Assembly: GCA_965262855.1 (NCBI GenBank)
Contig: OZ253563.1
Location: 424,914-488,913 of the forward strand
Source: Arenicellales bacterium
Lineage (GTDB): Bacteria > Pseudomonadota > Gammaproteobacteria > Arenicellales > JAJDZL01
Length of the DNA: 64,000 nucleotides
Reading direction: 5' to 3'
Shown one piece after another: positions 52,133 to 61,010 of the stretch (the stretch's first letter is position 1; the number at the start of each line of letters is the position of its first letter). The notes beneath the pieces were generated by a model. It was not told where the DNA came from. It saw only the letters and a program-made list of their open reading frames with translations, and did no database searches. The translations under genes were made by a program, and so were the position numbers.

Positions 52133-52974
52133 GTGCCAAGCGTCACAAAAGCAGCCATTCGACCGATGCAGTCAAACTGGCACTGATGCTGTCGGAGTTG
52201 CGCTTGCCGGCGATGAAACAGATGTGGTCAGGCTTTGCCGAACGCGCCGATACCGAAGGCTGGCCGGCTGCTCGGCTGCTGTCGACCCTGGCTGAGCTCG
52301 AACTGGCCGAACGTGACCGGCGGCGCATTGAACGCCACCTCAAAGAAGCCCGGCTGGTGCCCGGTAAAACGATCTCCAGCTTCGACTTCAATGTGGTGCC
52401 GGTCGTCTCCAAGTCCAAAGTCATGGCACTGGCGGCCGGCGATGTGTGGCTCAACAATGGTCACAACCTGTTGATGTTTGGGCCGCCCGGTACCGGCAAA
52501 AGCCACTTATCATCAGCAATCGGACTGGCCCTGGTGGAAAACGGCTATCGTGTGCTGTTCACTCGAACCACCGACCTGGTGCAACGCCTGCAACGGGCAC
52601 GTCGCGAATTGACGCTCGAAAATCTGCTGGCGCGGCTGGACCGATATCATTTGCTGATTCTGGACGATTTTGCCTACGTCAGCAAAGATCAGATGGAAAC
52701 CAGCGTGCTGTTCGAGCTGATCTCAGTGCGCTATGAACGGCGTTCCATTCTGATTACCGCCAATCAGCCGTTTGACCAATGGCACAAAGTGTTCCCAGAC
52801 CAGAGCACTGCGGTGGCCGCGGTGGACCGACTGGTTCACCATGCGACCATTCTGGAAATGAACGTCGAAAGCTACCGCCGGCGACACGCAGTTGAACAGT
52901 TGCGAGATAAGCCCGCACGAGCGTCAAAGCGTGCCACTGCAAAAAAAGCTCAGCCCAAGTCCGTTCAAGACTGA
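52129..52974 (+). CDS. istB: IS21 helper AAA+ ATPase
   Basis: GPPGTGKS, LLILDD, RYERRS, DRLVHH. Confidence 0.95.
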   Translation: MSAKRHKSSHSTDAVKLALMLSELRLPAMKQMWSGFAERADTEGWPAARLLSTLAELELAERDRRRIERHLKEARLVPGKTISSFDFNVVPVVSKSKVMALAAGDVWLNNGHNLLMFGPPGTGKSHLSSAIGLALVENGYRVLFTRTTDLVQRLQRARRELTLENLLARLDRYHLLILDDFAYVSKDQMETSVLFELISVRYERRSILITANQPFDQWHKVFPDQSTAVAAVDRLVHHATILEMNVESYRRRHAVEQLRDKPARASKRATAKKAQPKSVQD

Positions 52975-52995
52975 CAGCTGATCCATTCAACCTGC

Positions 52996-53023
52996 TGAAC
53001 ACGGGGCACAAGCCCCGTGTTCA
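52996..53023 (+). terminator. Hairpin after istB
   Basis: tgaacacggggc-acaa-gccccgtgttca. Confidence 0.55.
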
Positions 53024-53780
53024 CATCCTGTCGTTGATCGACTTTTTTTAATCGAATCAGTGAAACTGCAAATAATTCTGCTATTATTTGAGACCTGATC
53101 GCAGCGTCAAAAAATTCTTACCTTGATTGTCGCTGATTCTTATCTTGATTGTCGCTCCACACCATCTGACGGCGAGGCCACGGTCAATGAGGAAAAAGTG
53201 GCACAGGCCGCGCGCTGGGACGGCATCCACACCATCATCGCCTGGGGCAACGATCAGCTCAGCACCACCGAGCTGCTGCACCAATACCGTCAGCTGTGGC
53301 ACATCGAACGCGGATTTCGCACCAACAAGCACGATCTGAGGATCCGACCGATCTTTCATTGGACAAGCCGGCGCATCCGAGCCCATATCGCCATCTGTTT
53401 CATGGCGTATTGCTGTGTGCAGCACATGAGCCACCGGCTCCAGGCGCTCGGACATCCGATGAGTCCGGAATCGATGCGGCGCGAACTGAACCACCTGCAG
53501 GTCAGCATTCTGGAAAACCACCAAGACGACCGCAGATTCGCGATACCGAGCAACGCGTCGGCGCAAGCCAGACGGATCTATCGCTGTGTGAACCTCAAGT
53601 GGAGCACCGTACCGTTTGAGATCAAGCCCATGTGACAACCGACCTGATCCTTGCCAAATCGCTGCTGACACTGTGGCGCAATCTGACCGGTTTTGGTACC
53701 AACCTCAAAATGTAGTGCCCACATTTGAACCTCAATTCAATTAAAACAACTATTTACAGCGAAAGTTCTATTAACTCAAG

Positions 53781-54287
53781 AGCCCGAAAGGCGACTGCCC
53801 TGAGTATGAAAGATCAAACCATCTAAAGGAAGCCTATACCGTCTATAGAAGTCAGAATTTGCGTTAACTGGGCTCTGTTACGATTTCGAAATTCTAGTGC
53901 CGTGAATAATTCCGAGTTCAGAAGACTTTTTTTCGAGTTCATTGGGAGCCGATTCTTGAATTTCAATAGTTTTTTCAGTTTCAAGTTTTTCATTCCACCA
54001 CAGAGAAATATCGTCTCGTTTGTTCCAGCCGATTACTGCTAGAGTAAACAGGGAAATAACTACGACAGTCCTGACTACGATTGCTACCCATGATGTGAAT
54101 TGGTGGCTGTGAGTTGTCATCGGCCTTAGTACGGACAAATCAAATTGTTTTTCTGTAATCGCCTGCACTCCCAGATCCGGATCATTGCGGATTAATTCAT
54201 CTGGGTCCAGTTTGACTAGTGATGCGTAGGATCTAACATAGCCGGTAGCGTACGCCAGTCCGAACAACAAATTGTATTGACGATTTT
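53781..54287. repeat. Right copy of the 507-bp target duplication
   Basis: agcccgaaag...attgtattgacgatttt; begins immediately after the IS1634 right IR. Confidence 0.93.
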
Positions 54288-54504
54288 CAATTGCGGAAAT
54301 GATTTCTTCGGACAGTTTCAGTACCTCTGCGACATCAGAAACCGACAGATTGAGGTTGTTCCGCGCAGCCGCGAGTCGTTGCCCTGTATCTGGTGCGAAA
54401 TTTATATACGGTTCATCATCCACTGTAGCGTCATGCAGCGTAAATCGTTGTTTCCAACTCTTTTCTTTCATAGGAGGCTGCTTGATAGACTGAAAAATTT
54501 TCAT
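53878..54504 (-). CDS. RodZ-like HTH membrane protein (short)
   Basis: GQRLAAAR..LS..DVA..LKL....AIEN, YATGYVRSYA..V.LD, single TM segment. Confidence 0.8.
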   Translation of the reverse strand: MKIFQSIKQPPMKEKSWKQRFTLHDATVDDEPYINFAPDTGQRLAAARNNLNLSVSDVAEVLKLSEEIISAIENRQYNLLFGLAYATGYVRSYASLVKLDPDELIRNDPDLGVQAITEKQFDLSVLRPMTTHSHQFTSWVAIVVRTVVVISLFTLAVIGWNKRDDISLWWNEKLETEKTIEIQESAPNELEKKSSELGIIHGTRISKS

Positions 54505-54534
54505 CTTTTCTCTGACAATTTGGTGATGTTAAAT

Positions 54535-55002
54535 CTATCCAACCACGTATGCTCCAGTTCCAACGGCAATTAGAATGTCTTCGTTATTATGTAGCTCCAT
54601 GCGGGTAACAGCCACTTTGTTTCCTGTTCGAAGAACATATGCACTTGCGATAAATCGTGTGCCGAATCCAGGACGAAGATAATCAATTCGAATGTCGATA
54701 GTCCCCATCCTGGAAAACTGGTCGACTTTGGCTTGATGAGTATCGATACTACGTCGGTCAACAACGTCAACAAAAGCAACGATTCCGCCGATGACGTCCA
54801 GCAGACATGAGATGACACCACCATGCAAATTTCCGCGAACGAAATTGCCTACAAATCGGTCTTGCATATCGACGTATAATTTTGGTCTTCCAGTTTCAAG
54901 GTCAGTAACCTTGGCGCCGAGGGATTTATGATAGGGAACTGAATCCTCGAACATTTCCCGTATGCCGTCCCAGGAAGAGGAAATTACATCCGTACTCGTC
55001 AT
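54535..55002 (-). CDS. PaaI/YigI-like hotdog thioesterase
   Basis: LHGGVISCLLDVIGG, GTIDIRIDYLRPG, GNKVAVTRMEL. Confidence 0.9.
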   Translation of the reverse strand: MTSTDVISSSWDGIREMFEDSVPYHKSLGAKVTDLETGRPKLYVDMQDRFVGNFVRGNLHGGVISCLLDVIGGIVAFVDVVDRRSIDTHQAKVDQFSRMGTIDIRIDYLRPGFGTRFIASAYVLRTGNKVAVTRMELHNNEDILIAVGTGAYVVG

Positions 55003-55074
55003 TCAGGCAAAGTCGCGTTAATTTCCATATAAATACAAGACAAACTTAAACTCAATACAGGAAGGGATTACTCT

Positions 55075-55578
55075 ATGAAAAACGTACTGATGATGTCAAA
55101 TTATAACACTTGGGTAAATGAGCACATTTTCGAGTTGTGTTCGACTCTAAGCGACGATGACTATCGTATGGATCGAAAATCGTTCTTTGGATCCATTCAC
55201 AACACCTTGAATCACATTCTGCTGGTTGACATTTTGTCGCTTGCACGCCTGAATGGTAATGAAGATGAATCGATCCAGTCTTTAGATCAAATTCTATACC
55301 ATGAATTTGACGGACTGAGAATGGCGCGAGTGGAAGAAGATCGGAAGCTTAGCAAATTCGTAGAGAATCTGGATAACGAAGACTTGGAAAAGCTTTGCAA
55401 GTATCGCCGAATGTCGGGGCAGAAGGGTGAGGAAACTGTTCATGAAATTCTACTGACTTTGTTCAATCATCAAACGCATCACAGAGGACAAATACATACG
55501 ATGCTGACGCAGATCGGCATCAAGAATTCCAACATGCCGGACTTGGATGTAGCCGACTATCTTGCAACACTGAAGTGA
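55075..55578 (+). CDS. DinB family protein
   Basis: YNTWVN, SFFGSIHNTLNHIL, FNHQTHHRGQ. Confidence 0.92.
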   Translation: MKNVLMMSNYNTWVNEHIFELCSTLSDDDYRMDRKSFFGSIHNTLNHILLVDILSLARLNGNEDESIQSLDQILYHEFDGLRMARVEEDRKLSKFVENLDNEDLEKLCKYRRMSGQKGEETVHEILLTLFNHQTHHRGQIHTMLTQIGIKNSNMPDLDVADYLATLK

Positions 55579-55659
55579 GCGGATTGGGCTGAAAATATTT
55601 TATGATTGTGCGTGTATCGTGTCTTTGAGTTGACGTATATACTGTGTTTTGCACATCGT

Positions 55660-55735
55660 GGGGCGGTAGCTCAGCTGGGAGAGCGTAGCGTTCGCAATGC
55701 TAAGGTCGGGAGTTCGATCCTCCTCCGCTCCACCA
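55660..55735 (+). tRNA. tRNA-Ala (anticodon CGC)
   Basis: 76-nt cloverleaf; GGGGCGG/CCGCTCC acceptor with G3:U70; anticodon arm tagcg-ttCGCaa-tgcta; GTTCGAT; encoded CCA. Confidence 0.97.
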
Positions 55736-55772
55736 GATTCCTTGAATTCAATTCTGACAAAATGTTGTAGCT

Positions 55773-56201
55773 ATGGCGGTAGAAGATTTTAGAAGTAAAT
55801 CACTAGCAGAAGGACTGTCCTTAGAGAGAAAGATACAAATCGGAGAAGATCGTGTTATTACTTTTATGGGCGACGATCTCAGAGTTTATGAAACACCGTC
55901 GATGATAGCTGACATTGAGTATGCCTGTCGTGATCTGCTCTATGAAAATTTACCTGATGGATGGGATTCGGTTGGGGTAGTAGTGAATGTTGAACACCTT
56001 GCTGCCACTCCAATGTTGCAAGAGGTTCGAATTTGCGTCAAGATTGAAGAAATTTTGAACAGACGGGTTCGGTTCACATGTGAAGTTCACGACGCGATTG
56101 AACTAGTCGGTCGAGGCATGCATGAACGCTTTATCGTAGAAATTGACAAACACCGTTGCCGAGTGGTGGCAAAGCGCGAAAATATGCAAGAATTGGATTA
56201 G
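55773..56201 (+). CDS. FlK-like (fluoroacetyl-CoA-type) thioesterase
   Basis: VYETPSMIADIEYAC, SVG..VNVEHLAATP, G.G.HER. Confidence 0.85.
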   Translation: MAVEDFRSKSLAEGLSLERKIQIGEDRVITFMGDDLRVYETPSMIADIEYACRDLLYENLPDGWDSVGVVVNVEHLAATPMLQEVRICVKIEEILNRRVRFTCEVHDAIELVGRGMHERFIVEIDKHRCRVVAKRENMQELD

Positions 56202-56295
56202 ACGATTTCAGTTTCGTACTTTAGTTCTCCTCACTCTTTGACTCTGGCAATCGTATCAGCCGCTTTATCGGAACCTACGTAGTCATTTCGAATAT

Positions 56296-57423
56296 CTAGT
56301 TGATTACTGTGACTTTTTGTCCTGGTGCTAGTCGCTCATTTCCTCGAATTACTACCATCTCTCCTTCACTGAGCCCCGAAGTTACTTCATAACGGCTGCC
56401 AGTGGCATCACCAATCGTGATGGGTCTAGGCATAACAGCATCTTCTTCGACTACAAATACGATGTGACCGCCCTGTTGGGTAACAACAGCGTCTTTGTGA
56501 ACTGTTAGCGCATCATCCTGATCGGATATTGGCACTTGAATGATCACATTTTGATTGACTGCCAGTACGTCATCAATCTCATCTTGATTAAAGGAGAAAC
56601 GAACTGCACGTGTTCTGGTACTGACATGTTCTTCAGGGATGAAAGCACGCAATCTTGCCTGAAATTTTGTTCCGTTGTCGAATTCAGCAGTCAAAGTATC
56701 GTCGACTTTGAGCGCATCAATATATCGATAGGGTATATACGCTTCAATCTCAAGACTGTCATCGCCAACAATTCTTACGACTCTCTCGCCGACGCGAACA
56801 TATTGGCCGATCTCGATATTGCGTTCAACGACAACACCGCCATAAGGTGCGGTAATTTTGGTAAGGGAAATATTGTAACTGGCAATATCCAGTTCACGCT
56901 GAATTTGCCGGGTTACCGCTTTTGCTTCGCCAAGTGCCTGTTCGGATATTTTAAGTTTTAATACAGCGTCTTCAAGCTGGGCTTCAGTTGTTGCAGCGGA
57001 TTGGCGAAGTTGTCGAAATCGATCTTCCTGCTGTCTTGACAGATCAAGTTCCGTGGCTCTACGACTGGTGGCCCAAGTTGACATATCAATACGGGCTTCG
57101 ACTGCTGAACGCTGCAATTCGAGTATCGAAGAATCCAATGTAGCAAGCAGGTCGCCGCCTTCGACTCGATCTCCAACACTGACGTTGACGGTACTGACAG
57201 GTGCACTAATCGAGACATGAACTGGTCCGGACTGAAGTGACACAAGTTCCCCGAATACAGTAATTGTCTCGTTGATAGATTCTGTGCGTACTTGATCCGC
57301 TGCGACCGGCACAGCCTGATCCTGGGAGTATGTAACTGCTGGGAAAATAAGCAGAACAGCAATCGCACAGATCGGTCCCAAATTGTGAATGCGATGATGG
57401 CATTTGATGAAATTCAAAGACAT
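56296..57423 (-). CDS. RND efflux periplasmic adaptor (membrane fusion protein)
   Basis: V.VGDRVEGG.LL, coiled coil, ITAPYGGVV, GLSEGE.VV.RG. Confidence 0.9.
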   Translation of the reverse strand: MSLNFIKCHHRIHNLGPICAIAVLLIFPAVTYSQDQAVPVAADQVRTESINETITVFGELVSLQSGPVHVSISAPVSTVNVSVGDRVEGGDLLATLDSSILELQRSAVEARIDMSTWATSRRATELDLSRQQEDRFRQLRQSAATTEAQLEDAVLKLKISEQALGEAKAVTRQIQRELDIASYNISLTKITAPYGGVVVERNIEIGQYVRVGERVVRIVGDDSLEIEAYIPYRYIDALKVDDTLTAEFDNGTKFQARLRAFIPEEHVSTRTRAVRFSFNQDEIDDVLAVNQNVIIQVPISDQDDALTVHKDAVVTQQGGHIVFVVEEDAVMPRPITIGDATGSRYEVTSGLSEGEMVVIRGNERLAPGQKVTVIN

Positions 57424-57566
57424 ACGATTTGCTCGGTTAGGGTTTCTGATTGGTAATTGACGTCCCAGATAAACAAAAGTGATTTTGTTCTCTGAACTCT
57501 TGTGAATAATACTCTACAACAGAGGAGTAATTCCAATCAGGAAATTGCAGGCTTGATCAACCTTTT

Positions 57567-57977
57567 TCACCACGTTATCCAGTGTGCATTTGAAGCCTTT
57601 GCTCCAAGGACAATTTCCTTGTCCGTGTAAGCGTCATACACACCCATCAAATAATCGTAAACGCCTTTTCCGATTTCCTTGCTTGGAGGTGGAGAACCGG
57701 GAGCAAAACTCTTGGTGAGACGTATGAAGTAATCTCCTAATTCTTTGGCATACACTTCATTGGTCGCTGGATTCACTATGATTGCAAGAGATAGATTGCA
57801 ATTGTCCTGACCGATAGCGGCATCATCGACTAGTCTTCTATTTTTGATCTCCGGCAACACAAGGTCTTTCAAATCTTCTGGGTAAATATCGCAAGAGACT
57901 TCCTTGCATGACATTGAAAAGGACATTGCAATGACAAGCAATGCAATATATGAACCTCGCCGTATCACTGTCTTCAA
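57567..57977 (-). CDS. Hypothetical exported protein, possible lipoprotein
   Basis: Start reassigned to TTG 57977 (AGGT upstream): MKTVIRRGSYIALLVIAMSFSMSC signal-like peptide ending in Cys. Confidence 0.6.
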   Translation of the reverse strand: MKTVIRRGSYIALLVIAMSFSMSCKEVSCDIYPEDLKDLVLPEIKNRRLVDDAAIGQDNCNLSLAIIVNPATNEVYAKELGDYFIRLTKSFAPGSPPPSKEIGKGVYDYLMGVYDAYTDKEIVLGAKASNAHWITW

Positions 57978-57997
57978 TATACCTGGAAATTTTTTAT

Positions 57998-58150
57998 TGG
58001 GAGCATATCGTCCTAGTATGACTACAACCTTACTTCTGTCAAAGGTTTCAGGCCGTTGCAAATTTCTATCGGTTAGAGTATTCCCACCCGTTTACCCGAA
58101 TTTTTGGATCTACCCCTCGCCGGTACCGGGTTGTTCTAGTCGGCAGTGAC
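57998..58150 (-). ncRNA. Candidate structured RNA leader (unnamed)
   Basis: Several short hand-foldable helices and a possible loop/3'-end pseudoknot upstream of a CDS; see findings. Confidence 0.4.
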
Positions 58151-58295
58151 AACTCAGATACGGTGACTAATCGCTCAAAAAGCCATACTCAATAACTGTT
58201 AAGCTTAGATCGTCTACGAGCACAATTCTTCCAAATTTCTTGCCCATCTTCAGGAGGCAACAATGTCTTCTTATGCAATCACAGACAAAATGAAT

Positions 58296-58657
58296 CTAAG
58301 AAACTAGCGGAACTGTATTCGAATTCCGAATGACTTTGTCGCGCGTAAGCAACGGTACGTTATACACAATGCTAGTAGCAGCTATGATTTCGTCCGCCGG
58401 GTCGCCTTCAAAGTCAAGGTTTGTGGATACTCGGGCAACCGCAAGGTTAATAGGCCAAACCTGAACTCGGGTTAAGGTGCGAGCCACATCACGGTCATCT
58501 AGATCAAATTTTATCGACCTAGTTGAACGAATCTGGTGAGTTCCCCAAATACTATGGCAGAAATAGACCATCTGTTTTTTTCCAATAGGTTGTGTTCAGT
58601 TGGTCGAAGTTCTCCTTGGACTGCATAGATAAGAATGTGTGTGTCAAGATTGATCAG
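58296..58657 (-). pseudogene. VapC/PIN toxin, frameshifted
   Basis: INLDTHILIY...SISAIVFGEL...QLGR* then shifted frame KFDLDD...GDPADEIIAAT...LLTRD; about 1 nt missing near 58515; CTG at the expected start. Confidence 0.85.
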
Positions 58658-58868
58658 TTGTTTCCCAACTTACTCCGGTTGAATAAATATCACCCCGAAT
58701 TTCAATCTTATCTTTTAGACTACCGATGAGGTCAGCACAGCGATTTTCATACGGAATAACTTGTGCGATTGGCTTACCGTGTTTGGTGATAATCAATCCT
58801 CCTTCATCAAGCTGATTCAAGAAAGCCAAGCACTTCTCCTTGAATTTTGTTATTCCTATTATTTGCAT
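58644..58868 (-). CDS. Phd/YefM-family antitoxin
   Basis: MQIIGITKFKEKCL...IITKHGKPIAQVIP; overlaps the toxin start. Confidence 0.88.
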   Translation of the reverse strand: MQIIGITKFKEKCLAFLNQLDEGGLIITKHGKPIAQVIPYENRCADLIGSLKDKIEIRGDIYSTGVSWETTDQS

Positions 58869-58988
58869 TTCAGGGTTTCTCCGATAATAGTCATTTTTTG
58901 ACCAGTCAGTGAAAATATCAAATTTAAATAGCAATTCAAAATTCATTTACTGAGGATTACAGGATCAGCTAGTTGGAATATCGTTCGT

Positions 58989-59282
58989 TTATTCGTTGCA
59001 TCCGTCCACAACAATCATTGTAGATTGCGTTGTTTCTTCCCTCAATTTTTTGGCTGGTGCATATTCTTCCGAACTCCACCAATTTTTAGCTTGCTCAACG
59101 CTGTCAAATTCAATAATCACAACTCTTTCAGGATTCCACTCTCCTTCCAAAACTTCCCAGTTGCCCCCGCGAACAAGATAACGGCCGCCATAAATATCAA
59201 GTGTTGGCGGCACCATGTCGCGATAAACTGCAAAGCCTTCATGATCGTGAATTTTTACCTGTACTACGATATATCCTGCCAT
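58989..59282 (-). CDS. DUF1330 family protein
   Basis: YGGRYLVRGG..EVLEG, VIIEFDS..A..WW.S.EY. Confidence 0.92.
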   Translation of the reverse strand: MAGYIVVQVKIHDHEGFAVYRDMVPPTLDIYGGRYLVRGGNWEVLEGEWNPERVVIIEFDSVEQAKNWWSSEEYAPAKKLREETTQSTMIVVDGCNE

Positions 59283-59506
59283 TTCAGTTCTCTTCTAGTT
59301 TCAAATTTACTGGTACAAAATTCAAATGAACTATACCAAATGGGCTCGCAATTCTGATATATCCGCAATTCGGCAATAAAATTCCAGTTGCCTAAAGTTC
59401 CGAATAGACAATAGACTTTCACGAGCATAGACAATCATATTATGAGACAAAGCGTCTCAATTGAAACGCGTTTTGCCAAAAAATGGTGATTCATCGAACC
59501 TATTTC

Positions 59507-59815
59507 CTTGCGTGAAGTAGTCACAGTCGAACCTAAAGCGCCTCCTAAGCTTTCTGTAATTTAGTTACATGGGCTCGGTGCAGATGCACATGATTTTTTG
59601 CCCGCCGTACCTTATTTGATTAATGCGCAACGGTGTCCGGTACGTTGCGTCTTTCCAAATGCTTCCGAAAAATCCGTCAAGATCAACATGGGTATGCGTA
59701 TGAGGGCGTGGTACGACATCACCAGTCCGACGATTGGCAGTGGCCCAGAAGATCAAAGAGGAATTGAGGAGTTATACGATCATGTCATTGCATTGATTGA
59801 GCATGAACTCAAAGC
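59507..59815 (+). pseudogene. Phospholipase/carboxylesterase pseudogene
   Basis: SVI*LHGLGADAHDF (stop where Trp is expected), FPNA, INMG.RMRAWYDI, ED..GI; similarity ends before the GxSxG motif. Confidence 0.85.
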
Positions 59816-60074
59816 ATCGGATCGGACTCTGGTTGAACTTCCGATCTTGCGTGTAGATCGTAGAATTCAGTTCAAAGGACATCAATACCATTCAAATTTC
59901 AAGCGGCTGAAAAACCATAGCGCGTGAGTTAGCGTAAATTTGAACTTGGCAATTTGTTCAATTTACGAATTTCAACGCTGAAATTCAATCGAACTTCGCA
60001 GATATTCGAAGTTTTCCGAATGATTGCATTGGTTAGACTGCCACGATTGCCGTCGCACTTAGCATGAGTCGTAG

Positions 60075-60992
60075 TCAGGTGGGCTCTTGCCAGTTCACCT
60101 TGGATACCCAATCACAAAACTTCGCAATGCTGGAAACTCTACGATGCGCTTTGGGCAGAACAAGGTGAAAACCTGGAATTTCTTCGTCAGGCATATCATT
60201 AAGTATGTTCACACCGAGTGGCGCGACGAGATCACCTACTCGAATGTCATTTTCTGCATCAATTCGGGAAATTAAACCTATTCCCATTCCTGAAATTGTC
60301 GCACGCCGCATTGTCGCTGCATCGTGAAAAGCTATTTTGTGCGTATTGGTGGGGTCTGACATTCTCAGAAACCGCAAGATATCACGCCACAATGAATTTT
60401 TTAAAACTGGATGAAGCAATGTCTCGTGAAGTATGTCCGCTGGTTCACTGATTCGTTTGGCGACATCCTCATTGCAGCAAATGACTTTATGATCTTTAAG
60501 TAACAAAGTCGCTTCGAGGTGGCCCCAGTCACCATACCCCCACTGTACTGCAACATCAATATCGTCTCGTGCAAAATCAGGCAACTTCACCATCGTAGTC
60601 ATTCGCAGATCGGAATTTGGAACACTCTCTCGGAAGTGCTCCAGTTGCGGTAACAAATAACGCGTTGCGAAATACGGACTGACGTTCAGCGTAATGCGGT
60701 CTTTGTACTTTTGATTTGTAACTCGACGGATTCCCTCAGCAAATTCCTCGAAACCTGCATTTACAAAACGAGACAAAACCACGGCAGCTTCTGTTGGCTC
60801 GATTGTTCGGCCCTTTCGTTCAAACAGTGGGACTTCCAAGATGTCTTCCAGCAATTTGATTTGTTGACTGACTGCTTGGGGCGTTACCAGCAGTTCATCT
60901 GCAGCCTCTCGGATACTGCTATGGCGTGCGACAGCACGGAATGCTTTGAGTGCGTTTAGCGGAGTCAGTCGTATACGCCTAGTAGTATCCAT
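60075..60992 (-). CDS. LysR-family regulator (GcvA-like)
   Basis: PLNALKAF.AVAR..S...AADEL.VT..AVSQQIK.LE. Confidence 0.93.
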   Translation of the reverse strand: MDTTRRIRLTPLNALKAFRAVARHSSIREAADELLVTPQAVSQQIKLLEDILEVPLFERKGRTIEPTEAAVVLSRFVNAGFEEFAEGIRRVTNQKYKDRITLNVSPYFATRYLLPQLEHFRESVPNSDLRMTTMVKLPDFARDDIDVAVQWGYGDWGHLEATLLLKDHKVICCNEDVAKRISEPADILHETLLHPVLKNSLWRDILRFLRMSDPTNTHKIAFHDAATMRRATISGMGIGLISRIDAENDIRVGDLVAPLGVNILNDMPDEEIPGFHLVLPKAHRRVSSIAKFCDWVSKVNWQEPT

Positions 60993-61010
60993 ATCGCTTA
61001 TGTAACAAAA

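Larger units (their letters stand above)
50414..53161 (+). mobile_element. IS21-family insertion sequence
   Basis: IRs TATAGGGCGACAATCAAGATAAGAA / reverse complement TGTGGAGCGACAATCAAGATAAGAA, each with a tandem gcgacaatca..taagaa repeat; 5-bp TSD ccatc at 50409-50413 and 53162-53166. Confidence 0.95.
49191..53635 (+). pseudogene. IS1634-family transposase split by IS21 (49191-50413 + 53167-53635; 563 aa when rejoined)
   Basis: FYDTTTLYF, GYSKDGK, GNTYE, VVADAG; second half LWHIERGFRTNKHDLRIRPIFHW, IRAHIAICF; rejoins in frame as ...NVPSDGE... Confidence 0.92.
49033..53780 (+). mobile_element. IS1634-family insertion sequence (~2.0 kb, interrupted by IS21)
   Basis: IRs CTTGACTTCGTAGAA / reverse complement CTTGAGTTAATAGAA; flanked by 507-bp direct repeats. 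Confidence 0.9.

Noticed and set aside
46283-54287. The long repeats as a composite transposon or assembly artefact
   Set aside because: The repeats are host sequence flush with the IS1634 IRs, differ by a substitution, and only one copy holds ISAs1
55660-55735. tRNA-Ala as an island integration site
   Set aside because: No integrase and no duplicated tRNA 3' end seen; the cgctccac match near 53153 is part of the IS21 IR
59447-59476. Imperfect palindrome caaagcgtctcaattgaaacgcgttttg
   Set aside because: Single, imperfect instance upstream of a pseudogene; no function can be supported
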